Below, piece after piece: positions 46,801 to 57,689 of a stretch of 64,000 nt of DNA; within the stretch, counting starts at the first letter, position 1, and each line of letters opens with the position of its first letter. The DNA comes from Naegleria gruberi (Eukaryota). Under the pieces are notes generated by a model. It was not told the origin of the DNA and did no database searches. It saw nothing but the letters and a program-made list of their open reading frames with translations. A program made the translations under genes and the position numbers. Location: the NCBI GenBank assembly GCA_000004985.1, contig GG738845.1; one strand, given 5' to 3'.

Positions 46801-49800
46801 AAAAGAAGTACTCCATTCTATGTATCCAAGAATTATTCGTCTCATTGTTTGGTAAAAAGGATAAATACTACAATCTTAATATACCAAGTTACGAAAACAT
46901 GAAACCAGTGTTTATCAATGATGAATATGATGTTATTTCAAATAATGATGTGAAAAAGTCTAATGGCCTGTTCGACAAGATTTTTGTTGAAGGTAAAAAG
47001 TATTCTATCTATGCTAGAAGAGCAATGAATAGCGATTTGAATTCTAATAGAGTTAGAACTAGAAGTCTGCTAGTTCCTTATGGTGAATCTACTTCTCCTT
47101 CTAAAAATACAACTGGAACGACTGGTGGCGGTTCAAATACACCTTCTACCAAGAAGGCATTCAGTTATGATTCTCAATTTTTAAATACTGGTAAAACATA
47201 TAGACAAATATTGGGAATGTTCAATCCTGTAGTGATTGGTTTAACAAAATATTTCAAACACACTCATGACCGATCATTACAAAATGTGGTTTTATTCATG
47301 TTAATTAGAATGATTTGCATTGGAATAGATTTTAGTCAATTGGATAAGGATTCAACATTCATCAAGTTTATTTTTAATCAATTAGAAAAGTTTGACGAAC
47401 CTGACTTTGTTTTATATCAAATTATGGACTTTTTGTCTGTTTTATTGTTTATTGTCAAATACCAACATTTCCCTGAGAATCCATTTGATTCTATTGTAAA
47501 ATTAGTTCAATCAACATTCAATAGCTCACAGTTTGAAAAGAACGGAAATTCAATTTTAAAGTCAATTTCACCTGTAATGATAAGAGGTTTCTTATGTGAA
47601 ATCAGAACTGAAAAAGTTGAAAAGAGTTATGGTAACTTGATGCTGAATGAATTTTTGAAAAATGTAACCTTACCAGAATGTCAATCTGTATTGACATTGC
47701 TATTAAGAAATGTTCATCATTCAACTTTAACATGTTCAAACACCAATAATACTACTGGTAATGCCTCATCAAGTAGCAATAGCAACAATACATCATCAAA
47801 GGATGCAACATCACTTCCGTGGATTGAATTATCAAATTCTATTCTTAAAGAATGGGTTGTTAAACATAATTTACAGGTGGATGTAGATTGGAATTTAATA
47901 TCAAACATTTCTAACCATTTCCAAACAAATAACATTGCTACCACTTATTATAATCACACTGTAAATTCAAATAGTGGAGGTTTAACATCAAACTCATCTG
48001 CTTCAAATGGAAATCAATCTATGAATTTGAAATCCAATCTTGTTTTCCAAAATAGATGTAAAAAAGAAAATGTTCAATATGAGTTTAATAATTGTGAATT
48101 TATAATTGAACTTTCTAAAATATTTTATTTCATTGATGCATTGTACATTAATATTAATGACCAAGCAAAGATTGTAACTCACTTGATAGATTCTTTTGAT
48201 GAACATTTAGATCAAAATTCTCTTGAAAAACAAGTTCAAACACCTTCCTCAGTTCAACATAAGGAAAATATGAACGAAAAGTTGAGTGTTATTAATAGCT
48301 TGCTAAAGTCCTTGATATTTATGAAACTCTTGAATAGAATTGATAAGAAACAAGCTAACGTGCAAGAAAATTTAAAGAATCTTGAAAGGTTTTTGCAATC
48401 AATTTCAAATGCATTGAATTTATATTTGAATCATAGAGACACTTCCTCGATTATCGTAATCAAGTATTTAACTTGTGAAATGTTGACTGTCACAATAGAA
48501 TTACAAGAGAGATTGTATATCAAGTTGTTGACACACGAACATGTACGACAATCTGATCATTTGAATTCCATTTTCCATAATCAAATTTTGCACATTTTGA
48601 AATTATTTAATATTAACTACCTCAAACATTATGATTTTACAATTTATACTTTGTTGTTCTCACTTTTGCTTGCTCATTCAAAGGTAGAAAAACAATTTGG
48701 AGTTTCATTCTTGAATTATTTATATGGTTTTTATCACTCTAATATTTATAACTTTAATATTTTGAATAATACCCAATTATTATTAGGCATTAATGAAAGT
48801 ATTGCATCCGATGAGAATAATTTAACATATCATGAATTTGTAATTCAACAAAAATCAGTTTTCCTCAGTATGATCAACATAATTGTAAATTATCAAGATA
48901 ATATCATTGAATTATTCAAACAATGCGAAATTAATAATCTATCCAATCGTATTTGGAAAGAAATATTCAATCACTTTGATGAGCCATTAATAGAAAAGTT
49001 TTTGGAAAAGTTCTGTAGAGATATTTGTTGTGAAAATGATCTAGTCGGATTATTTGACGAATTGAATGATAAATTCAAATCCCAACTACATTTAAACGAT
49101 TTGAGAATTCTATTTAAGTTTATTAAGAATAATATTAAAAAAGAACATTTAATTTGGTTGCATCCTAAGATTGTCAACCAATTGGAAGAAAGATTAAAGA
49201 TTGAAACTACATTTATGAAAAGAAAAGTTATATCTGATATGATTAAGTATATTAATTCAAATATTGAAAAGCCAAATGAAAATTCAAAATTAAACCAAGA
49301 ATTCAAAAACTTGGATTTAATTTTAGAAAAGGTTAAAAATGAAATGTTTAAGAATCAAAATGAAATTCCTCCATCAAAATTAGTTAATAACTTTTTCACC
49401 TATAACAATTTAGTTTCTAATCCATTAGTAATTTCAAACTTCTTAATTGAATATATGGATAAAAATGAACTTAAATATGTTCCTAGTATAGTTAGCAATT
49501 TAAATATTCAATCAATTAACAACATTCTAGTACATTTCAAAGATAACGTTGAATTTATAACATCATTATTAATTCATTTGAAATCTAAAGAACAAATTTT
49601 ACCTTTTATTGAATTTACGTTCAATGAATTGAATAATATTCCATATAACTTTACAAGTTATTTGAAATTATCTAATTTATTATCAAAGTTACTATCAAAA
49701 TGTAGATCATCAAATGATTTAATTCAATTATATGATAAGAATATGGTTATTAATTTTACAATTAATTTTATTGAATTATTTTATTTGGAGAGAATTCAAA

Positions 49801-52800
49801 AACATAATGTTGATATTACAGATGTTGATTATATTTTATCGTTAATTTTACAAATTTTGTATTCGTTTGGTAATTCTATTGAATATTATTCTGAAAATTT
49901 ATTATTAATTTTAAATAATCCAGAAATAGATTTAAATTTGAATACTAATAATACTTCATCTAATACTACCAAAACTACTACAAGTACTGTGGAAGAAACT
50001 AAGAATACTACTCTATTATTAATGGAAGATGATTATGTTGATAGCTTTGCAACAACAACAGAGGAACCAACTGAACAAGAACCACAACAAGAAGATCAAT
50101 CACCTAACAAGGAGACTAACAATTCTATTTTAGAAATGAATGAAGATGAAAGAAGGGTACTAAAATTCATCAAATTATCATGTCAATTAATAATTGATGC
50201 CACAAGCGTTTCATCACAATCCATCAATTACAATAAGGATATTAATATTTTGAAATATTTAAAGTTGATTCTATTCAAAACTTTCCAATTATATCCAAAT
50301 ATGCAAGCTTCTAATGAGGATAGTGATATTTATGGAAGTGTTGGAAATACTACATCCTTGTACGGATTTTCTATTGGTAATAGAATACCATTTATTTCAT
50401 ATCATCATTTGAAGTTGATTAGATCTATTGGTTTGGAGCTTTCTAAATGTTTTATTAATTTAGTATATGATCCATATTTACCAAACATGGAAACACAATA
50501 TTTCCCTAGAATTGATATAGAACAAGTTCAAACGTTAATTTTCATGATACAAGAAATAGGTTGCAATGAAGAAATATTTAAGCAATTGTTCGAAATGAGT
50601 TTTGATTTGCTCAAGATGGAAATTACTCAACCATTTGATGAAATTCATGTTTTATTTATCAAATTGTTGACATGTATGATATGTAGAATGAATCAACCTC
50701 CGTCCCTATCCAATAACTTTTCATCCAATATATTATCATCATTTGATAACTTTGGAAATTCACTTCTTGGAATCCAACATGGTGGTAATAATTTGAACTC
50801 CATTTTGAACTCTGTCGAAAAGTACTTGTTAAAATCTACTGGTTCAACAAATAGTAGTGGTACTAGTGGTTCATTCACTGGTGGTATTGGAACATCAAAT
50901 AATAGAAACAGTTTCAATGGAAGCTTTGGTAACATGAGTAATTTAATTGATAAGAATAGTAATACTACTAGACAGAGTATTAGTGTTGAGGAAATTTATT
51001 CCAAAGCACTTTTTAACAGCTTCATGTTATTTATTCATGATAGCATCCAAAAATTCAGTAAGAATAACTTGATGATTACAAAAGAATTGGTTAAATCACT
51101 CATTCTTATTATGGAAAACAACATTGTATTATTTGCTGTTAATAATGGTACTTATTCAGTTCAATGGTTGCACGAATTATTTAAAAACATTTATAAGGAA
51201 TGTAATTTATACGAAGATTGGATATTAGGACAATATGCTCTATATGGTTTGAGCAAAACTTATGCCATTCTACATTCAAATAATGCCAAAGATGTCAATG
51301 AAGATTTTATCATCAAAACAATGGAATCATCACTTGTTAACAATCATTTGAAACAATCTGCATTACAATCAGTTTTATCATTTATTGAATGTGGAAATAG
51401 AAATATTGTATTGAAATTACTTCCTTATTTAGCAAGCAATATTCAAACATGGTTATTAGATAAGGAACAAACTGTTTATAATCAATTATTATTGATGAAA
51501 ATGGTAACTCAAATGGTACAACAATATCCTGAAGCATCTGTTCACCAATTGACCAAAAAGACTATGGAATCTTTATTCAATTTATCAGATGATATTGACG
51601 CTCCTTTAACTATTGTCGTCACCATCTTTAAATCTTTACAAAAATTATTAATTAATTATTCACTTTCTCAATTTGAAAGATCTTTAATTGAAGCCATGAC
51701 AAGTATTAAACAATCTACAATGATCACCAGAAATGATAATACCAATGCAGTAACTAATAGGAATGATGCTGGAATGATGAACAAAATTGTTACTCCGTTC
51801 AAGAAGATGACCATTGATACTTCAACATTTAGTAATTTCACACAAATGTTAGCTCAAAATAAGACCATGTTAATTAATAGAAAGTCTACTGCTGGTTCTA
51901 TGCAATCGAGCAGTAATACTGCGACTGTTAATACATCCAGTTCAACTTTACCTTCTAATAAGACAAATAATAGTTCTAGAATTAGTACTGAGAAACCTTC
52001 AATTACAGCCACAAGTAATAATATCAGTATTACTGTTGGAAGTGGTATTCCTAATTCTACTACCAACACTGCATCATCTTCTGTAGCACCAACAAGTAAT
52101 AACAATACAGCAACCACCAAGATGAAACAATTCATGAGTTTCTTCACAACTAAGAAGCAAACGACTCCTCCAACGAGTTCTACGACAACTACCACTCCTG
52201 CCGTTAACCAACCATCATTAACTCCACCAACTAATCCTACTTCTGGCTCATTAACATCATCTCCAAGTCTTTCATCACTTCCAATGAGTAGAAGTATGAG
52301 CATGACATCGATTGTATCAAGTATGGCAAGATCAAGTGAAAAATTACAAACTCTCTCACAGACAAGAAGAGTTTTATTACTTGGATTAATGTCAACTTCA
52401 ATGTATACATCATCATGCTCAACACAACAACAATTAGATTCACAAAGAGAACGTGCTAAAGTTAATATTTTACATTTAATTGAACAATTCCACGATGGTG
52501 AAATTGATAGAGAAGGTGAAATTATTTTAAGATTTATTCCACAATTAATGGTAGATTTCTTTGACAATGAGCAAATATTACCATTATTATATAACGAATT
52601 TTTGAGCTCTAAAACCCATCCACTGCTGTTATCATTACTTTTATCACTTCACATGCCACATTCTTTGAATGATAGAAAAGTGTTTGAAAATTGGATCACA
52701 ATGAGTATGCAAACGCTTTGTTTGAAACAACCAACATGTGGAGCATTGTGGGCATTAATGTGCTTGTTTATTAGTGTTTGTATTGGTGAATTTGACCATC

Positions 52801-53087
52801 ACTATGCAACACTAGTTTACTTTGGATCAAATTATGGACTTGTACATGAATGGAATGATATCTCTTCACATGCTTTCCTTTTATATGGATTAATATTTTA
52901 TAATTATTTATCAAAACATGAAATGGATGGTGCCATTAATGTTTTTAAGAATGTTGTTCTTCCTCAATTGATTCAAGATTCAAAAGATCAATTAATTTAT
53001 GTTAAATTATTGAAATCTTTACTATTTTTGATTAATTCAAACAATGGAGCAACTTTACAAACCAAGTCACTTGAGGATTTCTTTTAA
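43833..53087 (+). CDS. htt: Huntingtin homologue, 3084-aa single exon
   Basis: The N-terminal HEAT region aligns with human HTT: ISHYIKPQKCRTMVSFILPQL against [21 protein letters not shown], and SEVEIRRACAKCISSCC against SSPTIRRTAAGSAVSIC. The size matches huntingtins of about 3.1 kaa, and long N/S/T low-complexity inserts are present. Confidence 0.55.
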   Translation: MSQTPGGVGVSNNSNPSTTLLGSSSQQQPTDINSSLNILQEKIIYIDDDQPTSSDSSDTQQRKKQIQQAITNISEFFIYYYQQECKFNLLDSSSGSSSTATATNNTNNSTSNNTSNNNLEIFYKNVTNFLNISIQQLLRGCGDVSESIRTFSNEHLRKVIKSVIDTHSDRVLVILFRCMKPKANNKYSIISAISNFANISHYIKPQKCRTMVSFILPQLIQFISMEFDYYSTILENIIMNGSLDKIFDILGPYIESNEIYDFCKDLYKLLSHSEVEIRRACAKCISSCCAFIPSCPIHQIALDIFNLSNNCFDRNQTTTTTIHDNITNNLDPTTTTTTPNTTASEGVKKMKASESNSNIECTDIKTLQGILNTFLNLLVVLDELKTNNIEYQTYSNIICDLLIDCLTIQDQRILSPSIELLTNLLSKFSNYCKNWNRGKVNSLLSKIIYLLSVQSVLVTVKSYVLETLQQFLYVFPEWTLDSFQSNDFNLNYLFNILDNIEEDYLIRGKSAILLSTIIEVCVKLSHKNLYEKVIPIFDYESILSMPRLIGKGSNPILGGSSAHHLIFCKLSQYIIDKIMSIMMKESFNHLLIRMLINSCSKSLPICLSSLGELSFHIPKYILSIIHVNDSFWGVKFEILNLLNRFDYTLIEYYERKNNETSISLSTQPLLQIIVDLIWKYIGDDNEKVRKLSCMNLIQLLPYPNVMNNIHAQLNTSNTLTKTSSQMVSIFERYSSNYDNRLLKQIISSDILKYRNVIRDHELTNVVLVITRCISQLSLVKDDKHTFIGILKLLSLVAKKYSYTNTHNSNVSNSNNSVSMIKPVIAYYSIEVLELLLDKLKYSSEISTDLSVHSMIIKTMGLYITQLKHLNEAKVLYITEHLLEYEQFMIDLITNVFDEQYIKQLSTIQSEYQKHMHKYVYDKLYNNIYQSAKSSISNAIIDSTYSRDAISIMRYQLLKTLYYILLNGSPSCIEKYTISMIQYLNFNARYEKKYSILCIQELFVSLFGKKDKYYNLNIPSYENMKPVFINDEYDVISNNDVKKSNGLFDKIFVEGKKYSIYARRAMNSDLNSNRVRTRSLLVPYGESTSPSKNTTGTTGGGSNTPSTKKAFSYDSQFLNTGKTYRQILGMFNPVVIGLTKYFKHTHDRSLQNVVLFMLIRMICIGIDFSQLDKDSTFIKFIFNQLEKFDEPDFVLYQIMDFLSVLLFIVKYQHFPENPFDSIVKLVQSTFNSSQFEKNGNSILKSISPVMIRGFLCEIRTEKVEKSYGNLMLNEFLKNVTLPECQSVLTLLLRNVHHSTLTCSNTNNTTGNASSSSNSNNTSSKDATSLPWIELSNSILKEWVVKHNLQVDVDWNLISNISNHFQTNNIATTYYNHTVNSNSGGLTSNSSASNGNQSMNLKSNLVFQNRCKKENVQYEFNNCEFIIELSKIFYFIDALYININDQAKIVTHLIDSFDEHLDQNSLEKQVQTPSSVQHKENMNEKLSVINSLLKSLIFMKLLNRIDKKQANVQENLKNLERFLQSISNALNLYLNHRDTSSIIVIKYLTCEMLTVTIELQERLYIKLLTHEHVRQSDHLNSIFHNQILHILKLFNINYLKHYDFTIYTLLFSLLLAHSKVEKQFGVSFLNYLYGFYHSNIYNFNILNNTQLLLGINESIASDENNLTYHEFVIQQKSVFLSMINIIVNYQDNIIELFKQCEINNLSNRIWKEIFNHFDEPLIEKFLEKFCRDICCENDLVGLFDELNDKFKSQLHLNDLRILFKFIKNNIKKEHLIWLHPKIVNQLEERLKIETTFMKRKVISDMIKYINSNIEKPNENSKLNQEFKNLDLILEKVKNEMFKNQNEIPPSKLVNNFFTYNNLVSNPLVISNFLIEYMDKNELKYVPSIVSNLNIQSINNILVHFKDNVEFITSLLIHLKSKEQILPFIEFTFNELNNIPYNFTSYLKLSNLLSKLLSKCRSSNDLIQLYDKNMVINFTINFIELFYLERIQKHNVDITDVDYILSLILQILYSFGNSIEYYSENLLLILNNPEIDLNLNTNNTSSNTTKTTTSTVEETKNTTLLLMEDDYVDSFATTTEEPTEQEPQQEDQSPNKETNNSILEMNEDERRVLKFIKLSCQLIIDATSVSSQSINYNKDINILKYLKLILFKTFQLYPNMQASNEDSDIYGSVGNTTSLYGFSIGNRIPFISYHHLKLIRSIGLELSKCFINLVYDPYLPNMETQYFPRIDIEQVQTLIFMIQEIGCNEEIFKQLFEMSFDLLKMEITQPFDEIHVLFIKLLTCMICRMNQPPSLSNNFSSNILSSFDNFGNSLLGIQHGGNNLNSILNSVEKYLLKSTGSTNSSGTSGSFTGGIGTSNNRNSFNGSFGNMSNLIDKNSNTTRQSISVEEIYSKALFNSFMLFIHDSIQKFSKNNLMITKELVKSLILIMENNIVLFAVNNGTYSVQWLHELFKNIYKECNLYEDWILGQYALYGLSKTYAILHSNNAKDVNEDFIIKTMESSLVNNHLKQSALQSVLSFIECGNRNIVLKLLPYLASNIQTWLLDKEQTVYNQLLLMKMVTQMVQQYPEASVHQLTKKTMESLFNLSDDIDAPLTIVVTIFKSLQKLLINYSLSQFERSLIEAMTSIKQSTMITRNDNTNAVTNRNDAGMMNKIVTPFKKMTIDTSTFSNFTQMLAQNKTMLINRKSTAGSMQSSSNTATVNTSSSTLPSNKTNNSSRISTEKPSITATSNNISITVGSGIPNSTTNTASSSVAPTSNNNTATTKMKQFMSFFTTKKQTTPPTSSTTTTTPAVNQPSLTPPTNPTSGSLTSSPSLSSLPMSRSMSMTSIVSSMARSSEKLQTLSQTRRVLLLGLMSTSMYTSSCSTQQQLDSQRERAKVNILHLIEQFHDGEIDREGEIILRFIPQLMVDFFDNEQILPLLYNEFLSSKTHPLLLSLLLSLHMPHSLNDRKVFENWITMSMQTLCLKQPTCGALWALMCLFISVCIGEFDHHYATLVYFGSNYGLVHEWNDISSHAFLLYGLIFYNYLSKHEMDGAINVFKNVVLPQLIQDSKDQLIYVKLLKSLLFLINSNNGATLQTKSLEDFF

Positions 53088-53854
53088 ATAAAGAATTTGT
53101 GTTTGCTTTTTTTCTTGGGCATAGATTAATTTTCCAAATAACAAACACAAACAACACTCAATTCATAGAAGAAAATTACAAAATATTTATGCACCAAATA
53201 GAAAGAACAAGCTTTAGAATTTGAAATTTCAAAAGAAAATGATTTTGGTGCTTCGTTTATGTCTTTTTCAAAATCAATTAGAGATTTATTTTAATCCTTT
53301 GTTAACTTTCTTTGTATTTATAAAATCTCCTTTAAAATTTCTTCTTAATAATCAACCTACCCTTCTTATAAATTTAATCTCTTTTAACAAACCAGCGTCC
53401 ATTATTAAGAATCATTTTTTCAAAACAGACCCATATGAAAAACACAAATGGTTTGCTTATTCTTTGTTTTCCCCTGTTATTTTCGAGAAAATATATATTT
53501 TAGTTGGAATGTAGTTTAAGAAACCGTTAGAATAGAATTATGGTTCTATTGTGTTATTGGTAAAATAAAACGGTAATACTAAGGTTTGAAAAATAAGATC
53601 AAACTTGATCAATGAACAAACTTTCAAAGACGAATAAATTTAGTCTCTTCATAATAAGTTTGATCGTAAAGATTGATAAATATTTCTTCATTTCCAAGAC
53701 CAAACATTCTGTGGCCTAATATATTTGGTGGTTCAGTTAATAATTAGTTACAAAAACAATAATTTGCACTGAAATATATTGTAAATCCATTTTAATAACA
53801 TAAAACCAATAATGGTGCATTTTGGATTTAGATTTTTTCCCAATTTGTTATTTC

Positions 53855-54025
53855 ATTCAAAAAGAAAATGCAAAAACATTCATTGGTCAACACTTTTGAT
53901 AAATTATTATTCAAGTTTAATGGTTGTTTTATATTGGATTGTCAGGAAATTCTTTTAATTCATAATAACAGTACAAAATTATTGTCCTACCAAAATACTA
54001 CAACAAGTAACAATTATCAAATCCG
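53855..54025 (+). repeat. About 170-bp segment duplicated at 55010-55180. Both copies are overlapped by artefactual MQKHSLVNTFDKL… ORFs.
   Basis: About 85% identity. In copy 2 the sequence diverges exactly where the GC-rich element P begins. Confidence 0.7.
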
Positions 54026-55009
54026 AAAGAAAGTAGTTATTGATTTTCCAAATAACAAACACTCAATTAATAGAAGACAAAATGAAAGAAATAATTTTCC
54101 AACAAATAACTGTAACACTTTATCATCAAGTAACCTGTTGCTTCTGAGTATTCAAAGATATCAGAGAATAGGAAATGATGAACGATTGAAAATAATTATT
54201 CAACATACATATACTAAGATGAATGATTGTGGTGTATGTTATTATCGAAAAAGAAACCAAGTTCATCAATTAATGATTCATGTAATTGAATTATTGTATT
54301 TGGTTTTAAAATTACAACCCAATACCAACCTCTACAAACATTATTGTTCATTGATAATGCTAAATCCATTCTCGCTTCAAAAGTCAAATTTGAATAGTCA
54401 TTAATATAATAGCTTCGATGTTTCATTCTGATTTTTTCAAATTCTATTTTATTACTGATAATACAGGATCACAATACACAAGTTTACCTAATTTTTGTAA
54501 ATGGAAAGGTAAAAAATTAAGAAAATAGTTTTTTGTGTTCATGTTTTTCATAAATTAATAATTACTTTTCAACGTTTCAGTTTTCTTTTTATTTTTACTT
54601 TAGTTTTTTCGAATGTCTTTTCCAGTTTAGATGAAGATTTATTTTGTACAAATTGGGAACTCTTATTGTAAAAAGAAACTCAATTCTATGTTTCGTGTTT
54701 AGATTAAGACTGAGTTATTATGTTCAAATGTGGAACTAAAAAACACAACAATCCTGCATAGGTATGAAATTACTTTCTTCTGGAGAAGAAATAAAAGTTC
54801 CAGGATTGTAAAGAGGATAAAAGATTATTCGTATATTCTTATTGAATTATATTGTTGCTCAGTAATATACAATAATCTTAGATAATCCACTTCTTTCATC
54901 AAAATCCATATGGATTCAAAATATTCAAAACATGCAACCACAACCAGTTTCCATCGATTTATATATTCCCAATATCATTGACTTTCATTTAAAAAAAAGC
55001 AAGTTTGGG

Positions 55010-55180
55010 ATTGAAAAAGAAAATGCAAAAACATTCATTGGTTAACACTTTTGATAAATTATTCAAGTTTAACTTGAATATTTTTATATTGGATTGTCAG
55101 GAAATTCCATTAATTCATAATAATAATACAACATTATTTTCTTACAATAATATTACAAAAACAAACAATTATCAAATCCG
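55010..55180 (+). repeat. Second copy of the 53855-54025 segment
   Basis: See above. Confidence 0.7.
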
Positions 55181-55327
55181 AGGGGATGGAAAATCCTCGA
55201 TCCAAATCCCACGCTTTGCAGATGGATTGTTGGATCCATCCGCAAAGCCAAAATATCGTGTGATGTTGTGGATCCTGTTTGGCGGAGGAGCCGCGTGGGA
55301 TTTGGATGGCGGATTTTCCATCCCCTC
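55180..55327 (+). repeat. GC-rich 148-bp element P with perfect 17-bp terminal inverted repeats (gaggggatggaaaatcc … ggattttccatcccctc). It may be a MITE-like element or a structured RNA.
   Basis: The TIR is read directly from the sequence. The element is about 50% GC against an AT-rich background. Partial copies lie at 3600-3702 and 4151-4214. Confidence 0.6.
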
Positions 55328-55597
55328 GTGTAAAGGAAATTCCTTACAAACTCTCCAATACTATTTACTATTGGTGGGATCTAATAAAATTCTTTTTTTT
55401 AAATAATTTGGATTCTTTAAAAGAAAATTCAATTTTGCAAAGTTAATTATTATTAATTAATTTATTATATTATACTATACACTTGTAAATAAGGTGAATA
55501 AAAACTCAATAATTCAAAACATTGACAAATAAACATGTGAAACCTTTCTACAAACTATATTCATTGAAATTTTCAATTTATTTCTAATATTTACAAC

Positions 55598-56209
55598 TTA
55601 ATCTTCATGAACTTCAACAGTAGACAGTGGTCTATCAACTCTCTCCTCAGTTCTTTCATTAATATTCTCCTCTTGAACCAATCTCAATTCATAATAATAA
55701 TTTCTCACTCCCCAAATAAAATTAAACAATAAAAACACAGTAACCAATGCAGTATACTCATATCTAATACTCTTATAATAGAAAGTTTCAACAATGTAAT
55801 GAGTAATTGAAATACAATCAGCAAATAGAGTGTAACCAGTGAGCATTCTATTCTTCTCAATACTTGCAGTATAAAGATTCATAAAACCAACAATAAAACC
55901 CAAGATTGCAGCTGATCTTTGTAAATGATCATTTCTTCCTTGACGTGAAAATCCAAAGAAAATGTCAGCATGTAAAACACTTGTCAATGTGTCAACATAG
56001 AGAAGTGTTGCATTGGCAATGAATGCTAATCCAATAATAAATAAAGAAGTGTTGAAAATTCTCCTTCCTGGAAAGTACATTTGCCTCAAACCCTTTTTCA
56101 ATTTGTTTCTTTCATCTGATTGTTCAACATTAATTTGTTTATCAGAAATTGACTTGTTTAGACTGCTACTACCACTTGTTCTTTGATCAATAAACTTGGA
56201 TTCTACCAT
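55598..56209 (-). CDS. Hypothetical 4-TM membrane protein (203 aa)
   Basis: Four hydrophobic segments (LFIIGLAFIANATLLYV, AAILGFIVGFMNLY, and two others) are flanked by charged tails. Confidence 0.4.
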   Translation of the reverse strand: MVESKFIDQRTSGSSSLNKSISDKQINVEQSDERNKLKKGLRQMYFPGRRIFNTSLFIIGLAFIANATLLYVDTLTSVLHADIFFGFSRQGRNDHLQRSAAILGFIVGFMNLYTASIEKNRMLTGYTLFADCISITHYIVETFYYKSIRYEYTALVTVFLLFNFIWGVRNYYYELRLVQEENINERTEERVDRPLSTVEVHED

Positions 56210-56338
56210 TTTCTTTTCTGTTTGTTATCAATGGAAGTTTATTGAAAATGGTCAATTTATCAATTATAATTATTTAAACAATTTCCTTTTAGAGTTTTTG
56301 AACAAATTGGAAATTGTCTATTAAAGGAATTGATGATT

Positions 56339-56575
56339 TTATTTAATGCTCCTCTTTTTCAAGTATTTGTGAGCGTGATTAACAATTTGAGTTCTCGATC
56401 TTGTCTTGACATATAACTTGCTAATGAGTTTGTAATTTTCACCCACTTGAGATAATCCCAATAGAAATTGTTTATGCTCTTCTGCATTCCATGGACCTAA
56501 ATTTGAATCTTCTTCTTTAGTTGTGTATGTTGTTTTCTTAATTCTATAATCTTGCTTGGCAATAAGGTTTGACAT
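56339..56575 (-). CDS. Myb/SANT DNA-binding domain protein of the SHAQKYF class. It is probably the 3' exon of a gene that also includes the Q/H-rich ORF at 56679..57110.
   Basis: GPWNAEEHKQFLLGLSQVGENYKLISKLYVKTRSRTQIVNHAHKYLKK fits the single-repeat Myb pattern W…E…F…G…W..I……R.R.Q..SHAQKY. Confidence 0.5.
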   Translation of the reverse strand: MSNLIAKQDYRIKKTTYTTKEEDSNLGPWNAEEHKQFLLGLSQVGENYKLISKLYVKTRSRTQIVNHAHKYLKKRSIK

Positions 56576-57689
56576 TGTCGCTTTTTCTTTCTGTTGCTTT
56601 TTACTACTATTTGATTGTTTGTTGGATTTTACAAAGAGTGATGGAGCTGTTTGGGATGTGGAATTGTGCGATTTGTTTTTAGAAATCGATTGATTGATTT
56701 ACCACATTGACTTGTTGTTGGTATTTGAAATTATTTACATTAAGATGGAAAGGTGCTGAGGTGTGGTGTACATGATGATGTGTTTGTTGAGAAGATGCTC
56801 TATTGAGATATTGAAGAAGAAGTGGACAATTTTTGATGATAGGTTGTGGAAGTACGAGTATATGTGTATCATTGTTCATGTTATTCAACACTGATTGGAT
56901 GGAGGGTAGTTTTTCAATAGTACATGAATTGGACATGCTGCTAATATTGGTTTGATTGAGGCGATTCGATGGATGTACCACATGCAAGCAACATGAATCA
57001 TGTAAACAAGGATCTTGTTGAGGATGAAAAGGATTCTGAACTGAGGATGTATATTGAACAGTATGTAGAAATGGAACCCTAGCAGAATCAGCTCCCTCAC
57101 TATTTTTCATTGCTATTAATCAGGTCAAATATTGTTGTTTTTTCTCTAATCATTCAAGATCATTCAAAACACCAACCCAAGTCTCTGTAAATCCTCATTG
57201 GTTGGCCGCTTAATTGTTAACAAATAATAAGCTAATGATTGGATTGTGAACCCGGTACCAACACTAAATTGTCCAGATAAGGTGTTTGGTGGACAAATGT
57301 AAAAGTTTGATCCTACAAACATTTAATTTCAAGTAAATACATTTTTCCTAATAAGCAATTACTGAAAATTAAGGAGGCAGAGAATCGTTTTTATGGCGTT
57401 TTTAAAATTGTAGTCGTAAATGATAACAAGCGCTGATCTTTAAAGTTTGAGTCTTACTAAAATCCAAAGCACATTTTGAGGTCAACCAAGGTCATCATTC
57501 CAATTTCCTAATTTGTCCTCTTGAACAATACAAAATGAAAACGATTATTTATTTAATGCTGTCGTCTTCACTTATTCAACGTTGTAACATTACCAATCGA
57601 TTATCATCGATTTATTATGATGATTTTTCATATCTCTCGGAGTAAGTTTGTAACTAATCACACATTCATGCTTTTTTGATTTTTTAAAT

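Noticed and set aside
44593-52567. Numerous 60-240-aa ORFs on either strand inside the huntingtin, Rictor, ATPase and LRR genes (for example 44726-44950(-), 51854-52567(-), 26943-27323(-), 9049-9381(+))
   Set aside because: They overlap much longer ORFs that have clear homology, and are made of homopolymer-like residues (V/L/I/C runs). This is typical of antisense or out-of-frame reading of AT-rich coding DNA.
53868-55406. ORFs MQKHSLVNTFDKL… at 53868-54404 and 55005-55406
   Set aside because: Their similarity is confined to a duplicated 170-bp segment. The downstream parts run through repeat P and low-complexity AT-rich DNA. There is no coding signature.
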